64,000 nt of DNA from positions 135,904,001 to 135,968,000 of the forward strand of contig OZ024744.1 of assembly GCA_964016885.1 (NCBI GenBank), written 5' to 3'. Shown in pieces: positions 40,228-51,173 of the stretch (position 1 is the first letter of the stretch; each line of letters starts with the position of its first letter). The DNA is from Eledone cirrhosa (Eukaryota). The translations under genes were made by a program, and so were the position numbers. The notes below the pieces were generated by a model that was given only the letters and a program-made list of their open reading frames with translations, ran no database searches and was not told where the DNA came from.

Positions 40228-43200
40228 AAGGTATAAGTGGAATCAGATGTAGTGTGTAGGAGAGGAGACTGTGCTGGTATAGATATGTGATGAACAGAGA
40301 TAAACAAGGTATAAGAGGAATCAGATGTAGTGTGTAGGAGAAGAGACTGTGTTGGTATAGACATGTGATGTGTAATGATGAACTGAGAGAGAAACTAGGT
40401 ATAAGAGGAATCAGATGTAGTGTGTAGGAGAGGAGACTGTGTTGGTAATGATGAACTGAGAGAGAAACTAGGTATAAGAGGAATCAGATGTAGTGTGTAG
40501 GAGAGGAGATTGTGCTGGTATAGACATGTGATGAACAGAGATAAACAAGGTATAAGAGGAATGAGATGTAGTGTGTAGGAGAGGAGACTGTGTTGGTAAT
40601 GATGAACTGAGAGAGAAACTAGGTATAAGAGGAATCAGGTGTAGTGTGTAGGAGAGGAGACTGTGTTGGTATAGACATGTGATGTGTAATGCTGGTATAG
40701 ACATGTGATGTGTATGAATGAACTGGGAGAGAAACTAGGTATAAGAGGAATCAGATGTAGGAGAGGAGACTGTGTTGGTATAGACATGGGATGTGTATAG
40801 ATGAACTGAGAGAGAAACTAGGTATAAGAGGAATCAGATGTGGTTTGTAGGGGAGGAGACTGTGTTTGTATAGACATGGGATGTGTATGGATGAACTAAG
40901 AAAGAAACTATGTATAACAGGAATCAGATGTAGTGTGTAGGAGAGAAGACTGTGTTTGTATAGACACGGGATGTGTATGGATGAACTGAGAGAGAAACTA
41001 GGTATAAGAAGAATCAGATGTAGTTTGTAGGGGAGGAGACTGTGTTTGTATAGACATGTGATGTGTATGGATGAACTGGGAGAGAAACTAGGTATAAGAG
41101 GAATCAGATGTAGGAGAGGAGACTCTGTTGGTATAGACATGGGATGTGTATAGATGAACTGAGAGAGAAACTAGGTTTAAGAGGAATCAGATGTAGGAGA
41201 GGAGACTGTGTTAGTAGAGACATGGAATGTGTATGGATGAACTGAGAGACAAACTAGTTATAAGAGGAATCAGATGTAGGAGAGGAGACTGTTAGTATAG
41301 ACATGGGATGTGTATGGATGAACTGAGAGAGAAACTAGGTATAAGAGGAATCATATGTAGGAGAGGAGACTGTGTTGGTATAGACATGGGATGTGTATAG
41401 ATGAACTGAGAGAGAAAATAGGTTTAACAGGAATCAGATGTAGTGTGTAGGAGAGGAGACTGTGTTGGTATAGACATGTGATGTGTATGGATGAACTGAG
41501 AGAGAAACTAGGTATAAGAGGAATCAGATGTAGTGTGTAGGAGAGGAGACTGTGTTGGTATAGACATGTGATATGTATGGATGCTCTAAGAGTGAAACTA
41601 GGTATAAGAGAAATCAGATGTAGTGTGTAGGAGAGAAGACTGTGTTTGTATAGACACGGGATGTGTATGGATGAACTGAGAGAGAAACTAGGTATTAGAA
41701 GAATCAGATGTAGTTTGTAGGGGAGGAGACTGTGTTTGTATAGACATGGGATGTGTATGGATGAACTGAGAGAGAAACTAGGTATAAGAGGAATCAGATG
41801 TAGGAGAGGTGATTGTGTGGGTATAGACATGGGATGAACTGAGAGAGAAACTAGGTATAAGAGGAATCAGATGTAGGAGAGGGGACTGTGTTAGTATAGA
41901 CATGGGATGTGTATGGATGAACTGAAAGAGAAACTAGGTATAAGAGGAATCAGATGTAGGAGAGGAGACTGTTAGTATAGACATGGGATGTGTATGGATG
42001 AACTGAGAGAGAAACTAGGTATAAGAGGAATCAGATGTAGGAGAGGAGACTGTGTTGGTTTAGACATGTGATGTGTATGGATGAACTAAGAAAGAAACTA
42101 TGTATAACAGGAATCAGATGTAGTGTGTAGGAGAGGAGACTGTGTTGGTATAGACATGTGATGTGTATGGATGAACTGAGAGAGAAACTAGGTATAAGAG
42201 GAATCAGATGTAGTGTGTAGGAGAGGAGACTGTGTTGGTATAGACATGTGATGAACTGAGAGAAAAACTAGGTATAAGAGGAATCAGATGTAGTGTGTAG
42301 GAGAGGAGACTGTGTGGGTATAGACATGTGATGTGTATGGATGAACTGAGAGATAAACAAGGTATAAGAGGAATCAGATGTAGTGTGTAGGAGAGGTGAC
42401 TGCGCTGGTATAGACATGTGATGAACAGAGATAAACAAGGTATAAGAGGAATCAGATGTAGTGTGTAGGAGAAGAGACTGTGTTGGTATAGACATGTGAC
42501 GTGTAATGATGAACTGAGAGAGAAACTAGGTATAAGAGGAATCAGATGTAGTGTGTAGGAGAGGAGACTGTGCTGGTATAGACATGTGATGAACAGAGAT
42601 AAACAAGGTATAAGAGGAATCAGATGTAGTGTGTAGAAGAGGAGACTGTGTTGGTATAGACATGTGATGTGTAATGCTGAACTGAGAGAGAAACTGGGTA
42701 TAAGAGGAATCAGATGTAGTGTGTAGGAGAGGAGACTGTGTTGGTATAGACATGTGATGTGTATGGATAAACTGAGAGAGAAACTAGGTATAAGAGGAAT
42801 CAGATGTAGTGTGTAGGAGAGGAGACTGTGTTGGTATAGACATGTGATGTGTAATGCTGAACTGAGAGAGAAACTGGGTATAAGAGGAATCAGATGTAGT
42901 GTGTAGGAGAGGAGACTGTGTTGGTATAGACATGTGATGTGTATGGATGAACTGAGAGAGAAACTAGGTATAAGAGGAATCAGATGTAGTGTGTAGTAGA
43001 GGAGACTGTTAGTATAGACATAGGATGTGTATGGATGAACTGAGAGAGAAACTATGTATGACAGGAATCAGATGTATTGTGTAGGAGAGGAGACTGTGTT
43101 GGTATAGACATGGGATGTGTATGGATGAACTGAGAGAGAAACTAGGTATAAGAGGAATCAGATGTAGGAGAGGAGACTGTGTTGATATAGATATGTGATG

Positions 43201-46200
43201 AACTGAGAGAGAAAGTAGGTATAAGAGGTGACTGTGTTAGTATAGACATGTGATGAACTGAGAGAGAAACTAGTTATGAGAGGAATCAGATGTAGGAGAG
43301 GTGATTGTGTTGGTATAGACATGGGATGTGTATAGATGAACTGAGAGAGAAACTAGGTATAACAGGAATCAGATGTGGAGTGTAGGAGAGGAGACACTGT
43401 TTGTATAGACATGTGATGTGTATGGATGAACTGAGAGAGAAACTAGGTATAACAGGAATCAGATGTGGAGTGTAGGAGAGGAGACTGTGTTGGTATAGAC
43501 ATGTGATGTGTATGGATGAACTGAGACAGAAATTAGGTATAAGAGGAATCAGATGTAGGAGAGGAGACTGTGTTAGTAGAGACATGGAATGTGTATGGAT
43601 GAACTGAGAGAGAAACTAGGTATAAGAGGAATCAGATGTAGTGTGTAGGAGAGGAGACTGTTAGTATAGACATAGGATGTGTATGGATGAACTGAGAGAG
43701 AAACTAGGTATAAAAGGAATCAGATGTAGGAGAGGAGACTGTGTTGGTATAGACAGGGGATGTGTATGGATGAACTAAGAAAGAAACTATGTATGACAGG
43801 AATCAGATGTAGTGTGTAGGAGAGGAGACTGTGTTGGTATAGACATGGGATGTGTATGGATAAAGTGAGAGAGAAACTAGGTATAAGAAGAATCAGATGT
43901 AGTGTGTAGGAGAGGAGACTGTGTTGGTATAGACATGTGATGTGTATGGATGAAGTGAGAGAGAAACTAGGTATAAGAAGAATCAGATGTAGTGTGTAGG
44001 AGAGGAGACTGTTTGTATAGACATGTGATTTGTATGGATGAACTGAGAGAGAAACTAGGTATAAGAGGAATCAGATGTAGGAGAGGAGACTGTGTTGGTA
44101 TAGACATGTGATGTGTATGGATGAACTGGGAGAGAAACTAGGTATAAGAGGAATCAGATGTAGGAGAGGAGACTGTGTTGGTATAGACATGTGATATGTA
44201 TGGATGAACTGGGAGAGAAACTAGGTATAAGAGGAATCAGATGTAGGAGAGGAGACTGTATTGGTATAGACATGGGATGTGTATAGATGAACTGAGAGAG
44301 AAACTAGGTTTAAGAGGAATCAGATGTAGGAGAGGAGACTGTGTTAGTAGAGACATGGAATGTGTATGGATGAACTGAGTGACAAACTAGTTATAAGAGG
44401 AATCAGATGTAGGAGAGGAGACTGTTAGTATAGACATGGGATGTGTATGGATGAACTGAGAGAGAAACTAGGTATAAGAGGAATCAGATGTAGGAGAGGA
44501 GACTGTGTTGGTATAGACATGTGATGTGTATGGATGAACTGAGAGAGAAACTAGGTATAAGAGGAATCAGATGTAGGAGAGGAGACTGTGTTGGTATAGA
44601 CATGGAATGTGTATGGATGAACTAAGAAATAAACTATGTATAACAGGAATCAGATGTAGTGTGTAGGAGAGGAGACTCTGTTGGTATAGACATGTGATGT
44701 GTATGGATGTACTGAGAGAGAAACTAGGTATGAGAGGAATCAGATGTAGTGTGTAGGAGAGGAGACTGTGTTGGTATAGACATGTGATGTGTATGGATGA
44801 ACTGAGAGAGAAACTAGTTATAAGAGGAATCAGATGTAGGAGAGGTGATTGTGTGGGTATAGACATGGGATGTGTATAGATGAACTGAGAGAGAAACTAG
44901 GTTTAACAGGAATCAGATGTAGTGTGTAGGAGAGGAGACTGTGTTGGTATAGACATGTGATGTGTATGGATGAACTGAGAGAGAATCTAGGTATAAGAGG
45001 AATCAGATGTAGTGTGTAGGAGAGGAGACTGTGTAGGTATAGACATGTGATGTGTATGGATGAACTGAGAGATAAACAAGGTATAAGAGGAATTAGATGT
45101 AGTGTGTAGGAGAGGAGACTGTGTTGGTATAGACATGTGATGTGTATGGATGAAGAGAAACTAGGTATAAGAGGAATCAGACGTAGTGTGTAGGATAGGA
45201 GACTGTTTGTATAGACATGGGATGTTTTTTTTACATGAACTGAGAGAGAAACTAGGTTTAAGAGGAATCAGATGTAGGAGAGGAGACTGTGTTGGTATAG
45301 ACATGTGATGTGTATGGATGGAGTGAGAGAGGAAGTAGGTATAACAGGAATCAGGTGTAGTGTGTAGGAGAGGAGACTGTGTTGGTATAGGCATGTGATG
45401 TGTATGGATAAACTGGGAGAGAAACTAGGTATAAGAGGAATCAGATGTAGGAGAGGAGACTGTGTTTGTATAGACATGTGATGTGTATGGATGGAGTGAG
45501 AGAGAAACTAGGTATAAGAGGAATCAGATGTAGTGTGTAGGAGAGGAGACTGTGTTGGTATAGACATGTGATGTGTATGGATGAACTGGGAGAGAAACTA
45601 GGTATAAGAGGAATCAGATGTAGGAGAGGAGACTGTGTTGGTATAGACATGTGATGTGTATGGATGAACTGAGAGAGAAACTAGGTATAAGCAGAATCAG
45701 ATGTAGTGTGTAGGAGAGGAGACTGTGTTGGTATAGACATGTGATGTGTATGGATGAACTGGGAGAGAAACTAGGTATAAGCAGAATCAGATGTAGTGTG
45801 TAGGAGAGGAGACTGTGTTGGTATAGACATGTGATGTGTATGGATGAACTGGGAGAGAAACTAGGTATAAGAGGAATCAGATGTAGGAGAGGAGACTGTG
45901 TTGGTATAGACATGTGATGTGTATGGATGAACTGAGAGAGAAACTAGGTATAAGCAGAATCAGATGTAGTGTGTAGGAGAGGAGACTGTGTTGGTATAGA
46001 CATGTGATGTGTATGGATGAACTGGGAGAGAAACTAGGTATAAGAGGAATCAGATGTAGGAGAGGAGACTGTGTTTGTATAGACATGTGATGTGTATGGA
46101 TGAACTGAGAGAGAAACTAGGTATAAGCAGAATCAGATGTAGTGTGTAGGAGAGGAGACTGTGTTGGTATAGACATGTGATGTGTATGGATGAACTGGGA

Positions 46201-47560
46201 GAGAAACTAGGTATAAGAGGAATCAGATGTAGGAGAGGAGACTGTGTTGGTATAGACATGTGATGTGTATGGATGAACTGAGAGAAAAACTAGGTATAAG
46301 AGGAATCAGATGTAGGAGAGGTGATTGTGTGGGTATAGACATGACATGTGTATAGAGGAACTAAGAGAGAAACTAGGTTTAAGAGGAATCAGATGTAGGA
46401 GAGGGGACTGTGTTAGTATAGACATGGGATGTGTATGGATGAACTGAGACAGAAACTAGGTTTAAGAGGAATCAGACGTAGGAGAGGAGACTGTGTTGGT
46501 ATAGACATGTGATGTGTATGGATGAACTGAGAGAGAAACTAGGTATAAGAGGAATCAGATGTAGTGTGTAGGAGAGGAGACTGTGTTGGTACAGACATGT
46601 GATGAACTGAGAGAAAAACTAGGTATAAGAGGAATCAGATGTAGTGTGTAGGAGAGGAGACTGTGTGGGTATAGACATGTGATGTGTATGGATGAACTGA
46701 GAGATAAAAAAGGTATAAGAGGAATCAGATGTAGTGTGTAGGAGAGGAGACTGTCTTGCTATAGACATGTGATGTGTAATGATGAACTGAGAGAGAAACT
46801 AGGTATAAGAGGAATCAGATGTAGTGTGTAGGAGAGGAGACTGTGTTGGTATAGGCATGTCATGTGTATGGATGAACTGAGAGAGAAACTAGGTATAAGA
46901 GGAATCAGATGTAGTGTGTAGGAGAGGAGACTGTGTTGGTATAGACATGTGATGTGTATGGATGAACTGAGAGAGAAACTAGGTTTAAGAGGAATCAGAT
47001 GTAGTGTGTAGGAGAGGAGACTGTGTTGGTATAGGCATGTGATGTGTATGGATGAACTGAGAGAGAAATTAGGTATAAGAGGAATCAGATGTAGTAAGAA
47101 CACTGAGTTGAAATAGACATGTGATGTGTATGGATGAAGTGAGAGAGGAAGTAGGTATAACAGGAATCAGGTGTAGTGTGTAGGAGAGGAGACTGTGTTG
47201 GTATAGACATGTGATGTGTATGGATGAACTGAGAAAGAAACTAGGTTTAAGAGGAATCAGATGTAGGAGAGGAGACTGTGTTGGTATAGGCATGTGATGT
47301 GTATGGATGAACTGGGAGAGAAACTAGGTTTAAGAGGAATCAGATGTAGGAGAGGAGACTGTTAGTATAGACATGGGATGTGTATGGATGAACTGAGCGA
47401 GAAACAAGGTATAAGAGGAATCAGATGTAGGAGAGGAGACTGTGTTGGTATAGACATGGAATGCGGTATGGATGAACTGAGAGAGAAACTAGGTATAAGA
47501 GGAATCAGATGTAGTGTGTAGGAGAGAAGACTGTGTTTGTGTAGACATGGGATGTGTATG

Positions 47561-47850
47561 GATGAACTGAGAGAGAAACTAGGTATAAGAGGAATCAGAC
47601 GTAGTGTGCAAGAGAGAAGACTGTTCTGGTATAGACATGGGATGTGTATGGATGATGATTGTCGGGTGAAGAAGTGTCAGGAGTACCCAGTGGAAGGTAG
47701 CTAGAGTAGAGGTAGACCAAGAAGTTCTGAGCAGAGGTTGTGAAAGCTGATCTCAAACTGCTGAGACTGGCAGAAGAGATGCTGTGCAGAGAAAGACATG
47801 TCCAACCCATACAAGCATGGAAAAAAACGGACATATAAATGAGGATGGTG
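47561..47850 (+). mobile_element. 3' end of the RTE-clade LINE that seeded the satellite (decayed)
   Basis: Reads DELREKLGIRGIRRSVQERRLFWYRHGMCMDDDCRVKKCQEYPVEGS*SRGRPR, then after a frameshift AEVVKADLKLLRLAEEM and AVQRKTCP. This is collinear with the RTE fragment at 52,278-52,691. It ends in ACCCATACAAGCATGGAAAAAAACGGACATATAAATGAGGATGGTG, the same tail type as the other RTE/SINE copies. Confidence 0.9.
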
Positions 47851-48015
47851 TGGGGGGGGGGGGGTGATGGTGAAGGTGGTGTTGGTGGTGTTGATTCCTC
47901 TGCTCATATTCAAGAATACAGCCATAACACAGTCATTATACAAACTATCACTGTTCATAAGTAAATAAAATGTTCAATAAAGTATATAAACAACATTGAA
48001 GTATCGAGTTGAGTT

Positions 48016-48133
48016 GAAAGGGAGAAACTGTTGACCCTGCGGGAAGAGCTGGAACACCTCCTGTTGACTGCTGTGAAAGGGAGAAACTATTGACACCAGG
48101 GGAAGAACTGGAACCTCTCCTGTTGACTCTGCT
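48016..48133 (+). repeat. Two-copy 59-bp tandem duplication
   Basis: GAAAGGGAGAAACT(G/A)TTGAC...GGGAAGA(G/A)CTGGAAC..CTCCTGTTGACT starts at 48,016 and 48,075. Confidence 0.8.
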
Positions 48134-48227
48134 ATTATACTTTCATTGGTTTATTACTCAGAATATTTAAACAGTTGAGAAAGTTATAGAGAGAAATGTT
48201 GATTAAAAACAGAAAGATTCTTCTTAC

Positions 48228-48323
48228 CATTAAAGGAAGCAGTCGGTCAAGAATTATTTCTGCTGTGACATGTTGAGATATTTCCAGGAGTAATTCAAGA
48301 GCAGTCGACTTTGAACTGGCAAA
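48228..48323 (-). CDS. PIK3R4: PIK3R4/Vps15 coding exon (start of HEAT-repeat region), 96 bp, phase 0/0
   Basis: Translates FASSKSTALELLLEISQHVTAEIILDRLLPLM, matching the Vps15 segment [29 protein letters not shown] as recalled. Acceptor TCTTTTACAG, donor GTAAG, in frame with the upstream exon. Confidence 0.9.
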
Positions 48324-48494
48324 CTGTAAAAGACATTAATAATAAAAACTAAATTAATCAAAGAGAGAAAACTTGTTATATTCTGGAATTTTGGTCTACT
48401 ATATTTGTGGTATTCAATATGACTTCATTTATGTCATGGAATCCTTTCAATTAAGACATCCATGAATTGGCAGGCATCTGTATATGAGAAATAT

Positions 48495-48690
48495 ATCTTC
48501 TTCATCGACGCCCACTTATTCCTGAGAGAGTTGTTGGAAGCAGAGTCCTCAAACACTCCTTCCAGCAGGTCCTGTCAGAAGCAACCGTCTCCAACTGATC
48601 CAGCTGGATCCCCAAGTGAACCAGCCAAGTTCATGGATGTTATCTGGATCAGAGTCTACACCTGGGTCTTTCCTGAGACATTCTAACCAC
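48495..48690 (-). mobile_element. Decayed 3' end of a second RTE family (Expander/Rex3-like C-terminus)
   Basis: Minus strand reads RPRCR, then DNIHELGW, then LGIQLDQLETVASDRTCWKECLRTLLP (with frameshifts). This resembles the RTE C-terminal pattern RPRGRP..W.D.I..L.W..LGI....L..VA.DR..W...LR.LPP. Confidence 0.7.
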
Positions 48691-49024
48691 ATGTCATAGT
48701 ATCAGTGCTGTGATCTCCCAATTCAGAGATTCTTTCCTGAGACATTCTAACCACATGTCATAGTATCAGAGCTGTGATCTCTTAATTCAGAGATTCTTTC
48801 CTGAGACATTCTAACCACATGTCTGTAGTATCAGAGCTGTGATCTCTCAATTCAGAGATTCTTTCCTGAGACATTCTAACCACATGTCATAGTATCAGAG
48901 CTGTGATCTCTCAATTCAGAGATTCTTTCCTGAGACATTCTAACCACATGTCCATAGTATCAGAGCTGTGATCTCTCAATTTAGAGATTCTTTCCTGAGA
49001 TATTCTAACCACATGTCTGTAGTA
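48667..49024 (-). repeat. Minisatellite, 64-65-bp unit x ~5.5, derived from RTE coding sequence
   Basis: Units start at 48,667, 48,731, 48,795, 48,860, 48,924 and 48,989. The minus strand of the 48,924 unit reads IERSQL*YYGHVVRMSQER (TGA probably from CGA). Confidence 0.93.
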
Positions 49025-49039
49025 AGTCGTGGCTCTACT

Positions 49040-49545
49040 TAGGAGGAGAGGGGGAGATGGAGAGAGTATATTTAGTTATTCAAGAGAGAGAGCGAGTGAG
49101 AGAGAGAATATTTAGTTATTGTAGAGGGAGAGAGAGAGAGAACTTATTTGTCCAGATACGAGAGGTTGATGTACTGAGATATTGGTTGACTGTGATTACT
49201 ACACTTAAGTAATTTACTGTTTGATTATCCAGGGACCTAGATGCTTGAATACAGCACAGTAAAGTTAACTGAGCATTTGTGTTCCTTATACAATGCTCCA
49301 TTAGAAGATTAGAACAATGTACTTAACCATGGTACCTATCAATAGAAAAGTAAGACAACAGATTATGAACTGTTGACAAACTGACATTTTATTGATTACC
49401 AACAAATTTAATGAGAGAGAAAGAGAGAGAGATAGGAGAGAGGAATAGAGAGAACAAAGAGAGAGTAAGAAGTGTATATATATAGAGAGAGAGAGTGAGA
49501 GTTGGATTCAGAGAGAGATAGAGTAAGAGAACAACTGAGAGGGGG
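49040..49545. repeat. (GA)n-rich low-complexity tracts
   Basis: Imperfect GA runs at about 49,040-49,141 and 49,412-49,545. Confidence 0.75.
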
Positions 49546-49573
49546 ACACTTCTTTCAAAGAGACATTATTCTC

Positions 49574-49767
49574 AGGGCGGTGGATTGGCAGCATCAGTAG
49601 AGGGTCTGACGTCATGCTTTGTAGCATAGAGTTACGGCCTTTTATGATCTGAGTTCAAATCCCGCCGAGCTTAACTTTGCCTTTCATCCTTACGGGGTCG
49701 ATAAATAAAGTACCAGTAATGCACTAGGATAATTGCTGGCCTTATGCTAAAAGTAGAAATAATTATT
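49574..49767 (+). mobile_element. tRNA-derived SINE (family A)
   Basis: Head GGCGGTGGATTGGCAG, B box GAGTTCAAATCC, central GCCTTTCATCCTTACGGGGTCGATAAATAAAGTACCAG, ATT-type tail. Related inverted copies at 54,190-54,378 and 53,050-54,175. Confidence 0.8.
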
Positions 49768-50486
49768 CTGTATAGGAATTCCTGTAAGGTATGCTAAGGA
49801 TAACTGACCCCTCAGCCTGTCGGGGAGATTAGTAGCCCTGCTTCAGTACTGACTTGGTCTATGTAGATCTGTCAAACCCTTGCTAACAGGGAAAGTGAAC
49901 ATTAAATGATGATGAGCTGTTTGAACACATATGTGTAAATGTCTGTGTTCGTTTTTCTTTTTTATTCAGTTATAATATATGGCTCAGAAAAGCTTTTTTC
50001 TTAGAGCTAATTTACTGTAATGAGACTATTTTGAGTTTCTAACTGAATACATGCCTTGATATATTCGGCTCCGTTAATTCGTCGAGCTAATTCAATTGTC
50101 GAGTCAACTCGGCTGCTATTTTTAGTGGCAAGAGTGTGCAAGACACGCTAAGTTTGGGAACAATGTGCGTCACATATACACACATTATCCAGTTTCTAAT
50201 TAGATTTAGAAGTGATAAGGTTACTAATTTCTTCACCGGCCTATGAGCTTAGGACTTTGGTAATCCTTTTCACAAATAATATTGTGAAACAGTTTTTATC
50301 AAAACTGTCCGGGTGTTCGGTTGTTACCACAATTATGGTTTGTATTTATTTTTCTTGATTTATTCTTAAATTGAGTCTGGCAAACCATATTGTCTGTAGT
50401 TAGTATTTTTTTCACCTTAGCGATTCTGGTACATTATGATTTGAACACATATATGTAAATGTCTGTGTTTGTTTTTCTTTTTTGTT

Positions 50487-51012
50487 CATCATCATCATCA
50501 TCACCGTTTTACATCCGTTCTTCCACGCTAGCATGGGTTAGACGGGTTGTCCTGTTGTGGGCAGTGTCCGGTCGGCTGACCTTGTCTTGCTCATACGGGA
50601 ACTGATTCTGGCTTGATTTCTACAGCTGGATGTCCTTCCTAACACCAACCTCATTTACAGTGAGTGCTGAGTGTTTTTTTCCGTGGGGCCTACACATCCA
50701 CTTTACAGTGTGGGCTGGGTGCTTTTTTGCCGTGGCACCTCCACGACCACTTTGCAGTGGGAGGGGTGGGGGCATATTGTCTATATGCTTCAGCTTCGGC
50801 TTGTACCCGTGGGGGTTCAGGTCTTCTGTATTACTGCGTAACGCCAGAGGTCACAGTCCTGTGTCATCGCCTTTGAGAGGTGTAATTGGGTAAGGTCGGC
50901 TTTTATCATCTCATCTCAGGTCTTCTTGGGTCTCCCCACTCTGCAGTTTCCATCGACTTCTAGTGATCTGCACCTTTTTATGCAGCTGTCATCCTTCATA
51001 CGCAACATGTCC
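50487..51012 (-). mobile_element. 5'-truncated RTE LINE 3' fragment with (GAT)n tail
   Basis: (CAT)n at 50,487-50,503 on +. Highly similar to 52,172-52,625. Homology begins at the GHV codons of the ORF. Confidence 0.85.
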
Positions 51013-51173
51013 AGTTATAATTATGATGATGGTATATATATACATTTAGTAGATGAAAACTAAGTGGTAGCCTGATGAGATTATGTAATTATATATATTG
51101 TTATACTTTGGGAGGGCCATGCTGCCAATAAACACACACACACCTGTTGGTTTTCACTTCAATTTATTATATA

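Larger units (their letters stand above)
1..47650 (+). repeat. Large tandem satellite array, ~90-bp monomer (about 550 copies), derived from an RTE LINE coding segment; open at the left edge of the window
   Basis: Consensus GATGAACTGAGAGAGAAACTAGGTATAAGAGGAATCAGATGTAGTGTGTAGGAGAGGAGACTGTGTTGGTATAGACATGTGATGTGTATG repeats head-to-tail without interruption. Variants of 88, 83, 81, 80 and 78 bp occur. The + strand is purine-rich and almost CpG-free. Copy number is estimated from length. Confidence 0.99.

Noticed and set aside
779-47293. Dozens of minus-strand ORFs with HITCLYQHSLLSYTLHLIPLIPSFSLSSSI repeats
   Set aside because: They are a by-product of a 90-bp (multiple of 3) monomer lacking stops in one antisense frame. 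Frequent 83/88/80-bp units break the frame, and the meaningful translation is the RTE motif on the + strand.
1-47650. CRISPR array or telomeric repeat
   Set aside because: There are no unique spacers, no cas genes and no short telomeric motif, and the context is a spliced eukaryotic gene.
47851-48227. Possible next Vps15 exon before the satellite
   Set aside because: No minus-strand frame resembling the following HEAT segment was found, only low-complexity sequence and a 59-bp duplication.
48462-48686. 74-aa plus-strand ORF
   Set aside because: It is the antisense of a decayed RTE 3' end with no recognisable protein motif.
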